This document shows positions 18,990-28,755 of a stretch of DNA of 64,000 nucleotides, piece by piece. The notes beneath the pieces were generated by a model. It ran no database searches. It saw only the letters and a program-made list of their open reading frames with translations, and was not told the DNA's origin. Every line of letters starts with the position of its first letter. Positions within the stretch are counted from its first letter, which is position 1. The stretch is from Myxococcota bacterium (GTDB lineage Bacteria; Myxococcota_A; SURF-8): the NCBI GenBank assembly GCA_963674735.2, contig CAXXQS010000001.1:128001-192000 (forward strand), read 5' to 3'. A program made the translations under genes and the position numbers.

Positions 18990-19616
18990 ATGAAAACGCT
19001 CATCCATCCCATGTACGAGGCCGACCGCGATTTGATCGCCGAGGCATTGCGCGAGAACGCAGTCAAAGTAGCCGTGTCGCGCCCCGACGGCGTGCAGGTG
19101 GTTTTGGGGCGTGCCTCTGATGCCACCCGTGAAGTGTTTGCGGAGGCGATCGAAAACGAACGCGTGCCGCTTGTGCGACGGCGCGGCGGAGGCTGTGCGG
19201 TGGTGCTCGATCCCGGAAACCTGGTGGTCTCGGCGGTGTTGCCGGGGCGGCGACCGCTCGACCTGGTGCGGGCGTTCGAGCGGCTTTCAGGCTGGTTGAT
19301 CGCGGGTTTGACGGCCTGCGGCGTGGCGAACCTGCACCAGCGCGGCATTTCCGATTTGGCCGTCGGAGATCGCAAAATATCGGGCTCGGCCATGCATCGC
19401 GCGAAGGACTATCTCTATTATTCGGCCACGCTGCTCGTGTGTCCCGAGCTTGATCGGATGACGCGCTATCTGCCCCATCCACCGCGTGAGCCGGACTATC
19501 GGCGCGGTCGCGAGCATGGGGAATTCGTCGGCACATTGGCTGCATTGTCAGGCATACACGACCCCGTCGCTTTTGCGGAAAAGCTGCGTCGTCGGCTCGG
19601 GACACCCGATGTTTGA
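18990..19616 (+). CDS. Lipoate-protein ligase A / BPL-LplA catalytic-domain protein
   Basis: VVLGR, RRRGGGCAVVLDPGNL, SDL..GDRKISGSA, PDYR..R.H..F. Confidence 0.85.
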   Translation: MKTLIHPMYEADRDLIAEALRENAVKVAVSRPDGVQVVLGRASDATREVFAEAIENERVPLVRRRGGGCAVVLDPGNLVVSAVLPGRRPLDLVRAFERLSGWLIAGLTACGVANLHQRGISDLAVGDRKISGSAMHRAKDYLYYSATLLVCPELDRMTRYLPHPPREPDYRRGREHGEFVGTLAALSGIHDPVAFAEKLRRRLGTPDV

Positions 19617-20424
19617 GCCGCCGCAGGGACTGCGCGGACAACGCCAAGGGGCGGCGCCTTATCGGGTGGTGGTGGTGCACGGCGGGCCGGGTGCGGCCGG
19701 GTCGTTGACACCGATGGCTGTGGAATTATCCAAAAAATGCGGGGTGTTGGAACCCTGGCAAACCGCCCGTAGCGTGGCGGGGCAAGTCGCGGAACTGGCG
19801 CGATGGATAAAAGATGAGACAGATACACCGGCGGTGTTGGTCGGGCATTCGTGGGGGGCGTGGCTGGCCGGATTGACCGCTGCCGAGTACCCGCAGGATG
19901 TTTCAAAAGTAATACTAGTGGGGAGCGGACCTTTTCGCGCGGAAGACGCGTGCGGCATTGCCGAAACGCGGTTGGCGCGGCTGAATTCCGCGCAACGCGA
20001 TGAATACGCGGCGTTGCTGACCGGTCTGCAGACGGCTGATCGGATGACGCCGCAGGCGGGGCGTCGGTTGCGCCAACTGATGGATATCACGGACCAATTC
20101 GACCTGCTGCCTGCGTTCGCACGCGAATTTACGTTGCCGGACAGCGAGATTTTTCAACAGGTGTGGCCCGAAGCCGACGCTCTGCGTCGTAGCGGCGCGC
20201 TGCTGGCGGCTTTTTCTCGCCTGAACTGCCAGGTGGTGGCGCTGCATGGCGCGTACGACCCCCATCCGGCCGCGGCCGTTTCGGACGCCCTTCGCGAAAA
20301 TATCGAGCAATTCCGAATGGATATCCTGCCTGATTGCGGGCACGAGCCCTGGGCCGAACGGCGGGCGCGCGCGCGCTTTTTCGAGATTTTGGACGCCGAA
20401 CTTGCCGATGCCGTTGGAGTTTGA
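19609..20424 (+). CDS. Alpha/beta hydrolase
   Basis: HGGPG, GHSWG nucleophile elbow, HGAYD, CGHEPW; ATG 19609 overlaps the upstream stop. Confidence 0.88.
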   Translation: MFEPPQGLRGQRQGAAPYRVVVVHGGPGAAGSLTPMAVELSKKCGVLEPWQTARSVAGQVAELARWIKDETDTPAVLVGHSWGAWLAGLTAAEYPQDVSKVILVGSGPFRAEDACGIAETRLARLNSAQRDEYAALLTGLQTADRMTPQAGRRLRQLMDITDQFDLLPAFAREFTLPDSEIFQQVWPEADALRRSGALLAAFSRLNCQVVALHGAYDPHPAAAVSDALRENIEQFRMDILPDCGHEPWAERRARARFFEILDAELADAVGV

Positions 20425-20480
20425 GGACGGCGACAACGTTTTTAGCGCGTTCGAAAAAATACGCGACTTTCGATAAGATA

Positions 20481-20509
20481 TTTACAAACGCCAAAACATG
20501 TGTTATTCT
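20481..20509 (+). promoter_or_regulatory. Putative sigma70 promoter
   Basis: TTTACA-N17-TATTCT with TG extension. Confidence 0.45.
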
Positions 20510-20571
20510 CAATAAATACGAAGTTGTAAACGGTCACATCATTCGCATATTCCCAAACGAGGAGGGTGAAA

Positions 20572-20805
20572 ATGGTCCGGGCATTCGTGTTGATGGAAGT
20601 CGAGCAAGGCAAGGTACAGAAGGTGTTGAACGCGCTCACCAAGAATGACGCGGTGCGTGAATTCGACGCCATTATGGGTAATTTTGACGTCATCGTGCAT
20701 ATCGAAGGCATCGATCAGAACGACCTCGGGCAGATCAGCTCCTCGCAGCTTGCCACGCTCGACGGCGTCCGGCGTACCATCACCTACAACGTCGTCGAGT
20801 TCTGA
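20572..20805 (+). CDS. Stand-alone Lrp/AsnC ligand-binding (RAM) domain protein
   Basis: MVRAFVLM.VE.G...V...L......V......G.FDVIV.IE...GV..T.T pattern; GGAGG RBS. Confidence 0.85.
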   Translation: MVRAFVLMEVEQGKVQKVLNALTKNDAVREFDAIMGNFDVIVHIEGIDQNDLGQISSSQLATLDGVRRTITYNVVEF

Positions 20806-21441
20806 GTTTCGCGTCGCTATAGATAATAAATAGCGCAAACATGGCGCAATAAGCGATCAAGCATGGCGCCGAAATGTTGCAACGCCGCGTTTTTGCGAAA
20901 AGCCGGATTCCGGCCGCGTGCAACATGGACAACCTGCCGGAACAACAGAGGAAATCGTTTCCGCTTGCCCGGCTCAGGCGCGCTGCCACGCGGCAAACCG
21001 GGTGTGACGACCCTCGTTCCAACCTGCTGAAAATACAGACCTAACCCGCCAATCGACGTCCGATATCCGGGGCGACTTGCCGCCCGCCGACTGATATTCG
21101 AAAAACGTAGATAATTCAATGGCTTAAGGGCGGTACATCGAGGAGCTTAAATCATCTATTCATAGGACTATATTCACTATATTATTGTAAGACTGATAAG
21201 TCAGGCAAAACAACGTGAAGCGATACAAAGTACCGGTCGTCGGCAGAGTGTCCTCAAAGCGGCAACCCCCTGAATATAAGGCGGAAAAAGACTGCTGGAT
21301 GAGGTGGCAGATCGCGTGTCGTGGGTTGGAAAATGGATATCGACAGACGGCGGAGGCGTTTTAGTGTGACGTATTACGACCGTTCCGAATCCCCATCGGA
21401 ATACCGGGTAACGCCAACTCCAATCGAAACGGTGCATCAAG

Positions 21442-21494
21442 CGCAACGAACGCAACGAGCGCAACGAACGCAACGAGCGAAAAACCGCAACGAG
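21442..21494. repeat. Intergenic 9-bp tandem repeat CGCAACGA(A/G), four copies plus one detached copy
   Basis: Read directly from the sequence. Confidence 0.85.
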
Positions 21495-21676
21495 TGAAAA
21501 GCCGACCCCATGGCCATGCAGCAGGCGGGCACTCTAACAAAATTAATGAAGCCGTTCTTGTGCTATTTGCGAGGCTTTGATAGGATCAGGCCGCATCAGT
21601 CGAAAGTTCATAACGGATCAAATGTAAGTCGTAGCAGGCGGAAGCGAGTTCCGGGATCGACGGCGGGGAGTGAACG

Positions 21677-24600
21677 ATGGCGAAAACGAAAACCCAAGCG
21701 ACGAATCAAATAACAGCCACCCGATCGGGTAAGGACAAAGGCTTCGTCATCGAGAAGCCGGTCAAGCTCTTGAATAAGCAGATAGGCATTGATACGAAAA
21801 AATTCTTTGTGCATGTCGGCCAAGCGGCGGCAGCATTTATCGGTGGTGGCCCTTCAAGCTCAATACCGAAATTATTGGAAGCCGCCTCTGCTTTCAGCTT
21901 AAAGACAACACCGGAAGAACGCGCCTGGGTGTTGGTGCAACGTTCGATGGGACGCGCCCTGAAAGATCTCGTGGAAGAACAGGTCGGCGAACTTGATCTT
22001 GAACGTCTTGAACAAGCGGTGGAGATTGCCGATAAACTCGATTACGGGCTTGAAACTGAAACCGTCGAAATCGACACCCGGTTTTTCGACAATCCCGGCG
22101 CGTGCAGGTATGTCGAGATGATGCGGCCCGTTTTCGAAAGCTGGCTACTCGCCAGCGGCATGGATTCGGCTCGGGCGGAAAATACCGCACGGCGGCTGCC
22201 GTCCTTTTTTAACTCTGCGATCCATCACGAGTTGTATGAAAATGCGGGCAATTACGCCATGATCGTTGAGGCTTTCGACTCCCTCGCTTTCACGGCTGTT
22301 CAGCACGATGCAGATTGGCGGCGCTACCGGGCCAAACTGATGCGGCAAGTGGAAGAAAGCATGCTCGGCGAAGCCTTCGGCCTGAAGGATATCTTTATCG
22401 AGCTTCGGGCTTACTACAAGGAATCCGCGAAAACGAAAAACGAACCCCCATCCAAGCGACTTCTTGCACGCGATATGGACGATGAGAATGATAAGAAGGA
22501 AACGCGACATGTCGTCGATTTGCACGACCACGTTCGCTCCTGGATTGAACAAAGAAGCCAAAAGGATGCATTACGAGTCATCAGTGGTGGGCCCGGCAGC
22601 GGGAAATCTTCGTTTGCCAAAATGCTGGCGGCCGAGCTGGCGGCGGAAAATCGCCTTGTGCTATATATTCCCTTGCACAACATGAATCCTAAAAGCGACC
22701 TCGCCGATTCGGTCGGGGATTTCCTGCATGAGTATGACGACTTCAGGGAGAATCCACTCAGCGTTCCGCAAAGCGACCCGATCGTGCTGCTTTTCGATGG
22801 CTTGGATGAGCTGTCCGAGCGCGGCCGCGCCGGGTATGAGGCCGCCAAGCAATTTATCGAAAAACTGCTGGTGAAGCTGCACCAGAAAAATGATCAAAAA
22901 TGCCAGTGTCAAGCCTTGGTGCTGGGGCGGGATCTCTCGATACAGGCGCAAGATTATTTCTTGAAGAAGGAAAAGACCCTCCATTTATTACCTCTTTGGA
23001 TGACGGAGAAGGAACGTGAGACATTTGTCGATAGGAGAAAGAGACTTGAACACGACTTTCGGCTGGATTGGTGGGCGGCCTATTGCCGCTTGATGCAACA
23101 CGTTGATCCCGAAATGCCGGAATTCTTGAGGCGGGAAGAGCTGGAGGAAATCACGGCGGAACCTTTGCTCATTTACTTGGCGGCACAAACCTTTTTTGAT
23201 GAAAGAATCGATTTCACCCAAACCGTTAGTGTTAACCAGATTTACGGAGCCATGCTGGAATATGTTTGGGAGCGTGGATATGAAGGCCGTCAAGAAGGTC
23301 GGCGGCACAGAGTGATCGATGAATTTGAATTGAAACAAGAGGAATTCACGGCGATCATGCAGGAGGTGGGTGTGGCCGCCTGGCAGGGCCAGGGCCGAAA
23401 AGCCACAACCGAGGCGATCCATCAGCGTTGTGCCCCCAGCCTACAAAAAAAGTTCGAGCGCTTCGCCGATGACGCGCAGAGCGGCGTTTTGCGATTGCTC
23501 ACCGCTTTTTATCTGCGGCGCACGGCCGAGGACCGCGGCGACAACGTGATCGAATTCACGCACAAGAGCTTCGGTGAATATTTGACGGCAAGAAGGATCG
23601 TGCGGCAGTTGTACACCATGGTTGAACAATTGAAAATGCGTGAGCAAGATCAATATGGAAACAATGGTTGGGATGCGGCGGAGGCTTTGTGTAAATGGAT
23701 CGAGTTGACGGGGCCGACCGCCATGGATCGCGATCTTTACCGTTTTGTCGATCGTGAAATCGAATTGGATTATAAGCGCGATCCGGAAATGATCGAGAAT
23801 TGCCAGGAACAGATCGTCAAGTTGATGAACGTTCATCTTCGATACGGCATGCCGATGCAGGATTTGAAACCACGCCTTCCAAAATATCAGGAGGAAACGC
23901 GGCAGGCCAGAAACGCCGATGAAGCCCTGCTGGCCCTTCATTGTGCATGTGCGAAAAGAACGGGAACGTTAAGCCAAATCAAGTGGCCGGAGAAAACGAG
24001 CGCCGGTGCGTGGCTGAGTCGCTTGCAACCTCAGCGATTGGACCTAACAACCACATTAGCTTATGACTGTTTCTCGGATTTGGATTTTTCGCAGCAATGT
24101 TTTGATTTTGCCAATTTCTATAGGGCAAACATACAAAGAAGTAAATTTACTCTATGTTTTATGCTTTTTGCTTCGCTTGTAGATTGTCACGCTTTAAAGG
24201 CACATTTGGAGGTCGCAAATTTATTTGAAGCAAAAATGAAACGCGCGAATTTAAAAGGCGCGTATTTGGATGGTGCGAATATGATTCGCGCGAATTTAAG
24301 TGATGCAAAATTGAATGGTGCGAATTTAAGGGATACAAAATTGAATAGTGCGAATTTGAGAGGCGCGAATTTAAGGGATGCAAAATTGAATGGTGCGAAT
24401 TTAAGGGATGCAAAAATGGGTTACGCGGATTTGGGTTACGCGGATTTGGAAGGCGCGGATTTGGAAGGTGCGCAATTGGAAATCGCGATTTTGGAAGATG
24501 CGAATTTGAGCGATGCGAATTTGTGGGGTGCAAATTTGAGGGATGCGAATTTGAGGGACGCGAATTTGGAAGGCGCGAATTTGGTAAACGCGAATTTGGA

Positions 24601-24739
24601 ACGTGCGAATTTGGGACGCGCGGATTTGAGCGGCGCGGATTTGAGAGGCGCGAATTTGGAAGGCGCGAATTTCGAGGGTGCGAATTTGACCGGCACCATT
24701 CTGGATAAGAAGCGCAAGCCCCGAAAAAGCACCGACTAG
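21677..24739 (+). CDS. NACHT-like STAND NTPase with C-terminal pentapeptide repeats
   Basis: GGPGSGKSS, IVLLFDGLDE, PLL, FTHKSFGEYLTA; A(N/D)LxG repeats. Confidence 0.88.
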   Translation: MAKTKTQATNQITATRSGKDKGFVIEKPVKLLNKQIGIDTKKFFVHVGQAAAAFIGGGPSSSIPKLLEAASAFSLKTTPEERAWVLVQRSMGRALKDLVEEQVGELDLERLEQAVEIADKLDYGLETETVEIDTRFFDNPGACRYVEMMRPVFESWLLASGMDSARAENTARRLPSFFNSAIHHELYENAGNYAMIVEAFDSLAFTAVQHDADWRRYRAKLMRQVEESMLGEAFGLKDIFIELRAYYKESAKTKNEPPSKRLLARDMDDENDKKETRHVVDLHDHVRSWIEQRSQKDALRVISGGPGSGKSSFAKMLAAELAAENRLVLYIPLHNMNPKSDLADSVGDFLHEYDDFRENPLSVPQSDPIVLLFDGLDELSERGRAGYEAAKQFIEKLLVKLHQKNDQKCQCQALVLGRDLSIQAQDYFLKKEKTLHLLPLWMTEKERETFVDRRKRLEHDFRLDWWAAYCRLMQHVDPEMPEFLRREELEEITAEPLLIYLAAQTFFDERIDFTQTVSVNQIYGAMLEYVWERGYEGRQEGRRHRVIDEFELKQEEFTAIMQEVGVAAWQGQGRKATTEAIHQRCAPSLQKKFERFADDAQSGVLRLLTAFYLRRTAEDRGDNVIEFTHKSFGEYLTARRIVRQLYTMVEQLKMREQDQYGNNGWDAAEALCKWIELTGPTAMDRDLYRFVDREIELDYKRDPEMIENCQEQIVKLMNVHLRYGMPMQDLKPRLPKYQEETRQARNADEALLALHCACAKRTGTLSQIKWPEKTSAGAWLSRLQPQRLDLTTTLAYDCFSDLDFSQQCFDFANFYRANIQRSKFTLCFMLFASLVDCHALKAHLEVANLFEAKMKRANLKGAYLDGANMIRANLSDAKLNGANLRDTKLNSANLRGANLRDAKLNGANLRDAKMGYADLGYADLEGADLEGAQLEIAILEDANLSDANLWGANLRDANLRDANLEGANLVNANLERANLGRADLSGADLRGANLEGANFEGANLTGTILDKKRKPRKSTD
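24240..24700 (+). repeat. Pentapeptide-repeat array (15-bp units GCG(A/G)ATTT...)
   Basis: Repeated ANL/ADL units; AT-richer codon usage. Confidence 0.9.
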
Positions 24740-24757
24740 CCCCCCCTGTGTTATTTT

Positions 24758-24786
24758 TTGACGCCTTCCCGCCGGCTGGCTATAAT
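24758..24786 (+). promoter_or_regulatory. sigma70 promoter of cysK
   Basis: TTGACG-N17-TATAAT. Confidence 0.8.
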
Positions 24787-24860
24787 GCGCGCGCAGTCTC
24801 GGCGGCATTTCATATCGGAAAATATCCCGGCCACCGGGCGAGTCCATTCACAGGAGGCGC

Positions 24861-25775
24861 ATGATGAGCGGCAGCACGATTCTCGATCTGATCGGCAACA
24901 CTCCCTTGATCCGGGTGCCCAGCCTGATTTCCCAGCCCATTTACGGCAAGGCCGAATTCCTCAACCCCGGCGGGTCGGTGAAAGATCGCGTGGCCAAGCA
25001 TCTGATCGAATGCGCCGAAAAAGAGGGCCTGCTCAAGCCCGGCTCCATCATCGTCGAGGCCACCAGCGGCAACACCGGCATCGGTCTGGCGCTGGCGGGC
25101 GTGCAGAAGGGTTACAAGGTCGTCATCGTCATGCCCGAATCCATGAGCGAAGAACGCAAGAAAATCATCCGCGCGCTGGGGGCGGAGCTGGTGCCGACTC
25201 CGGCCGCCAAAAGCATCGGCGGTGCGGTGGCCAAGGCCGCCGAGATCCTGGCGCGCAACCCCAACGCCTGGCACGTCAACCAGTTCGGCAACCTGCACAA
25301 CCCGGAAATTCACTACCAGACCACCGGCCCGGAGATCTGGGAGCAGATGGACGGCCGCGTGGACGCGCTGGTGGCGGGCGTCGGATCGGGCGGCACGCTG
25401 CAGGGCGTGGGCAGCTTCCTCAAAGAACAAAATCCCGCCGTCAAGCTGATCGCCGTCGAGCCCGAAGGGGCCTCCGCGCTGCTGGGCGAAGAACCCGGCC
25501 TGCACAAAATCCACCAGATCCAGGGCATCGGCGATGGCTTCATCCCGGACGTGCTCGACACCTCGCTGTTTGACGACGTGCTGTGCGTCTCGGACGACGA
25601 CGCCATCTACACCACGCGCATGCTGGCGCGCCGCTGCGGTCTGCTGGTGGGCACCAGCTCCGGCGCGAACGTCTTCGCCGCCCGCAAGGTGGCCGAGGAC
25701 ATGGGCCCGGAAGCGCGCGTCGTCACCATCCTGGCCGACCGCGCCGAGCGCTATTTCTCCACCGCGCTGATCTGA
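24861..25775 (+). CDS. cysK: Cysteine synthase A
   Basis: IGNTPL, NPGGSVKDR, EATSGNTGIGLA, GVGSGGT, IQGIG, SSGAN, ERY.ST. Confidence 0.95.
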   Translation: MMSGSTILDLIGNTPLIRVPSLISQPIYGKAEFLNPGGSVKDRVAKHLIECAEKEGLLKPGSIIVEATSGNTGIGLALAGVQKGYKVVIVMPESMSEERKKIIRALGAELVPTPAAKSIGGAVAKAAEILARNPNAWHVNQFGNLHNPEIHYQTTGPEIWEQMDGRVDALVAGVGSGGTLQGVGSFLKEQNPAVKLIAVEPEGASALLGEEPGLHKIHQIQGIGDGFIPDVLDTSLFDDVLCVSDDDAIYTTRMLARRCGLLVGTSSGANVFAARKVAEDMGPEARVVTILADRAERYFSTALI

Positions 25776-25881
25776 GGCGGAGCGCAGCCCCACCGACCTG
25801 ACGGGGGGTGTCAAGTCGGCTTGACAGGCGACCGACAATCTTGTCGTTTACGGCAATGTTAACAAATAATCATCTCAATAA

Positions 25882-25894
25882 AATCAATGGCTTG
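25882..25894 (+). promoter_or_regulatory. Putative IHF site
   Basis: AATCAATGGCTTG matches WATCAANNNNTTR, with AT-rich 5' flank, upstream of the -24/-12 element. Confidence 0.55.
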
Positions 25895-25918
25895 CGGACT
25901 TCCCTAAAGCGTGTAAGA

Positions 25919-25935
25919 TTGGCTTGTCTTTTGCA
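25919..25935 (+). promoter_or_regulatory. Putative sigma54 (-24/-12) promoter of the rSAM/lipoprotein operon
   Basis: TTGGCTTGTCTTTTGCA: GG-N10-GC spacing. Confidence 0.65.
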
Positions 25936-26001
25936 ATCCATGTCAGACGCCAGAACTCGTGACAGAAACGGCGGGTTACTCCCGCTTCAAAGTGAGACGT
26001 G

Positions 26002-27135
26002 ATGAAGGTTATTTTACACCTCACGAAAAACTGCAATCTGCGTTGCCGCTACTGCTACGCGCCGGAAAAAGTAGACGAGCCGATGTCGCTGGAGGTGGCG
26101 CAAAAGGCCATCGATTTGGCCATCGAAACCGGCAAAACCAGCGCCTGCGTGTCGTTTTTCGGCGGCGAGCCACTGCTGCTTTTCGATCGCATGCAGGAGT
26201 TGACCGCCTATGCCGAGGCGCGCGGCGAAGAGAGCGGCACGGCCATGTACTTCCGGCTGTCCACCAACGGCACGCTGTTCACCGAAGAGAGCCTGGCTTT
26301 CTGTCGCGACCACAAAATTCTATTCGCCCTCTCGCTCGACGGCGACCGCGAGGCGCATAACGCCCAACGCGTCTTTCCCGACGGCACGGGCAGCTTCGAT
26401 GTCCTCGACGCCAAGCTGCCCATGATCCTGCATTACAACCCCTACACCGTCGTAACCAGCGTCATCACGCCGCCGACGGTGGGGCGCCTTTACGAATCGA
26501 TGGAGTATCTCTGGTCGCGCGGCCTGCGCTACGTCGTGCACCAACTCGACTATACCCATCCCGACTGGACCCCCGCGCATTTCGAGACGCTGGCGGAAAG
26601 CTACCGCAAGCTGGGTGCGTTTTACCTCGACCGCATGCGGGCGGGCGAGCGCTTTCATATGGGGCTGTTCGACGACAAGCTGAAGTCGCACACCCGCGAG
26701 CCGATCCGCTACGGGGCGATCTGCGATTTCGGGGCGAGGAAGGTCTCGGTGGCCCCCGACGGCACGATTTTCCCCTGCGTGCAGTTCGTCTCCGACCGCG
26801 ACGACGCCAAGCGTTACGCTATCGGACACGTGGAAAGCGGCTTTACGCCCCGGCGTCAGGAATTGATCACGCTCAACAAACGTCCGCGCCGTCCCTGCGA
26901 CAGTTGCGCCTTTCTGGGACGCTGCGCCAATTACTGCGGTTGCATGAGCTGGCAGTTGACCGGCCACGTGCTGGAAGTGCCGCCGATTCTATGCAGTCAT
27001 GAACGCATGCTCATCCCCATCGCCGACGAGCTGGGAACCCGCTTGTGGGAGGAGCGTAATCCGACGTTTCTAAATAAGCATTACAAGCATTTGCATCAGA
27101 TGATCGATCCGCAATCCCGGTATGCATTCGATTAA
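26002..27135 (+). CDS. Radical SAM/SPASM domain maturase
   Basis: CNLRCRYC, FFGGEPLL, STNGT, SLDG; SPASM C...G.IFPC...CDSC(x5)C(x3)CGC...C; no N-terminal RRE; start ATG 26002 or GTG 25999. Confidence 0.92.
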   Translation: MKVILHLTKNCNLRCRYCYAPEKVDEPMSLEVAQKAIDLAIETGKTSACVSFFGGEPLLLFDRMQELTAYAEARGEESGTAMYFRLSTNGTLFTEESLAFCRDHKILFALSLDGDREAHNAQRVFPDGTGSFDVLDAKLPMILHYNPYTVVTSVITPPTVGRLYESMEYLWSRGLRYVVHQLDYTHPDWTPAHFETLAESYRKLGAFYLDRMRAGERFHMGLFDDKLKSHTREPIRYGAICDFGARKVSVAPDGTIFPCVQFVSDRDDAKRYAIGHVESGFTPRRQELITLNKRPRRPCDSCAFLGRCANYCGCMSWQLTGHVLEVPPILCSHERMLIPIADELGTRLWEERNPTFLNKHYKHLHQMIDPQSRYAFD

Positions 27136-27145
27136 GGGGGCTGCC

Positions 27146-28678
27146 ATGTCGCACACACCATTCAAAGTCAAACCCGTCAAACGCTATGGCGGGGCGCGTT
27201 ATCACTCGGAAGTCGGCACGGAGTTGACCGCGCGCGCCTGCTGGCTCTCGGCCATTGCCCCGGCCAAACTCGTGCGGGGAGCCGTGACCTTGCTTCTGGC
27301 CGCCAGTCTGGCACTGGGCGTGATGGCCTGCGGTGACGACACCACCATCCACATCAAACCCGGTGGCGGGGAGAACGTCGACGGCGATACCGACAGCGGC
27401 GAGTCGGGCGGAACGCCGCCTCCGCTGTTCTGCCTGGAAGAGGGCCTGATTTTCTGTGCCGATGAGGATAACGTGTGGTCCTGTGAAAACGGACTACCGG
27501 TGAAACGGGATTGCGACGAGGTCTGCCGGGAGGAACGCGGTTCCGAATATTACTCGATCCGGTGTGATGATGACGATCCGGAGGATCTGTGCCGCTGCAC
27601 CTACGACATTATGGAGGGCGAACCGGCGGAATGTGTGCCGGGAGACCTGCGCTGTCGCGACATATTCACTGCCGAAACGTGTTCGGACGGTTATTACGAG
27701 GCCATCAACTGCGATGTCTATTGCCAGGAGAACTACGGCTGGGAATACTATTCGATTGGCTGCGACAATGACAACCTCGACAATGCCTGTCAGTGCCAAT
27801 ATGGGATGACCGACGGCGAGGGGGTGCAATGCGAACCGGGAGACGTTCAATGTCGCAATGATAACACGGCTAAATTGTGCCCCAATTACTCTTATGTGGA
27901 GGTCGATTGCGATCTTTACTGCCAGCAAACTTACGGTTCGGATTACTACTCCATGGGCTGTGATGCCAATACTCCCGAGAACGTCTGCCTGTGCGAATAC
28001 GGTGTGACCGACGGCGAGCCGGCGGAATGTCAGCCGGGGGAGGCGTATTGTATCGATAACGACGAGATCGCCGTTTGCTCGGCGGACGACTACAGCTTCC
28101 ACCTCGAATTCTGTTCCGATTACTGCCGGACATATTACGGCAACGATTATTACTCCACCGGTTGCTATGAAAGCAACTACGACAATCCCTGCGGTTGCGA
28201 ATACGACATCGTCGACGGCGATATCGCGGAATGCTATGTCGGTGAAGAGGCCTGTGCGGCGGAGGGTGGCTTGTTGATGTGCATTCCCTATGGCGGGGAT
28301 GTGCCCGAAGGCCACGAGGGCGAAGCGGGTATGTGGGAATCCATCAGTTGCGACAGCTATTGCGTGGAGACCTACGGTGACGACTATTATTCGCCGATAG
28401 GTTGCCAGGCCGACGATCCGGACGACAACGGCGAGTTGTGCAGCTGTGAATACGGCGCGTTGGACGGTGTCGCGCCCAACGAATGCCTGCCCGACGAGGC
28501 TTATTGCGACCCCGACGACAACCTTGTGGCCTGCGACGGCGGAGAAGGCTGGGGCTATTGGGTCACCCAAAACTGCACGGACGCCTGCGCGGCGCTCGAT
28601 CCGCCGATGGTCTCCACCGGTTGCGACGCGGAAAATGCGGATAATCCCTGTTTGTGCGCCGAAGACGAGGATCGATGA
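27146..28678 (+). CDS. Leader-bearing Cys-rich repeat lipoprotein A (six 8-Cys modules); putative rSAM substrate
   Basis: 62-aa N-terminus ending in lipobox VMAC; six ~66-aa modules joined by C.Y(G/D)..(D/E)G(E/D/V) linkers; 10 nt after the rSAM stop. Confidence 0.85.
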   Translation: MSHTPFKVKPVKRYGGARYHSEVGTELTARACWLSAIAPAKLVRGAVTLLLAASLALGVMACGDDTTIHIKPGGGENVDGDTDSGESGGTPPPLFCLEEGLIFCADEDNVWSCENGLPVKRDCDEVCREERGSEYYSIRCDDDDPEDLCRCTYDIMEGEPAECVPGDLRCRDIFTAETCSDGYYEAINCDVYCQENYGWEYYSIGCDNDNLDNACQCQYGMTDGEGVQCEPGDVQCRNDNTAKLCPNYSYVEVDCDLYCQQTYGSDYYSMGCDANTPENVCLCEYGVTDGEPAECQPGEAYCIDNDEIAVCSADDYSFHLEFCSDYCRTYYGNDYYSTGCYESNYDNPCGCEYDIVDGDIAECYVGEEACAAEGGLLMCIPYGGDVPEGHEGEAGMWESISCDSYCVETYGDDYYSPIGCQADDPDDNGELCSCEYGALDGVAPNECLPDEAYCDPDDNLVACDGGEGWGYWVTQNCTDACAALDPPMVSTGCDAENADNPCLCAEDEDR

Positions 28679-28755
28679 CGGGTTCAGCCGGGACGCTCAG
28701 TGTGGATGGGTGAGCGGAGCTTGTAGACGGAGCGAAAAAGTAAAGGAACGCTGAT

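Noticed and set aside
21200-21270. GGCAAA...CAAAG...GGTC resemblance to a c-di-GMP-I riboswitch
   Set aside because: The paired stem and tetraloop/receptor elements cannot be formed by eye; an Infernal scan would be needed to revive it.
21442-21494. Possible CRISPR array
   Set aside because: 9-bp units with no spacers and no cas genes.
24758-25838. Alternative-frame and antisense ORFs over cysK
   Set aside because: The start of one coincides with the -35 box; Arg-rich shadow translations with no motifs.
26002-27135. Plain anaerobic sulfatase maturase
   Set aside because: No sulfatase in the window and the gene is coupled to leader-bearing proteins; not fully excluded without phylogeny.
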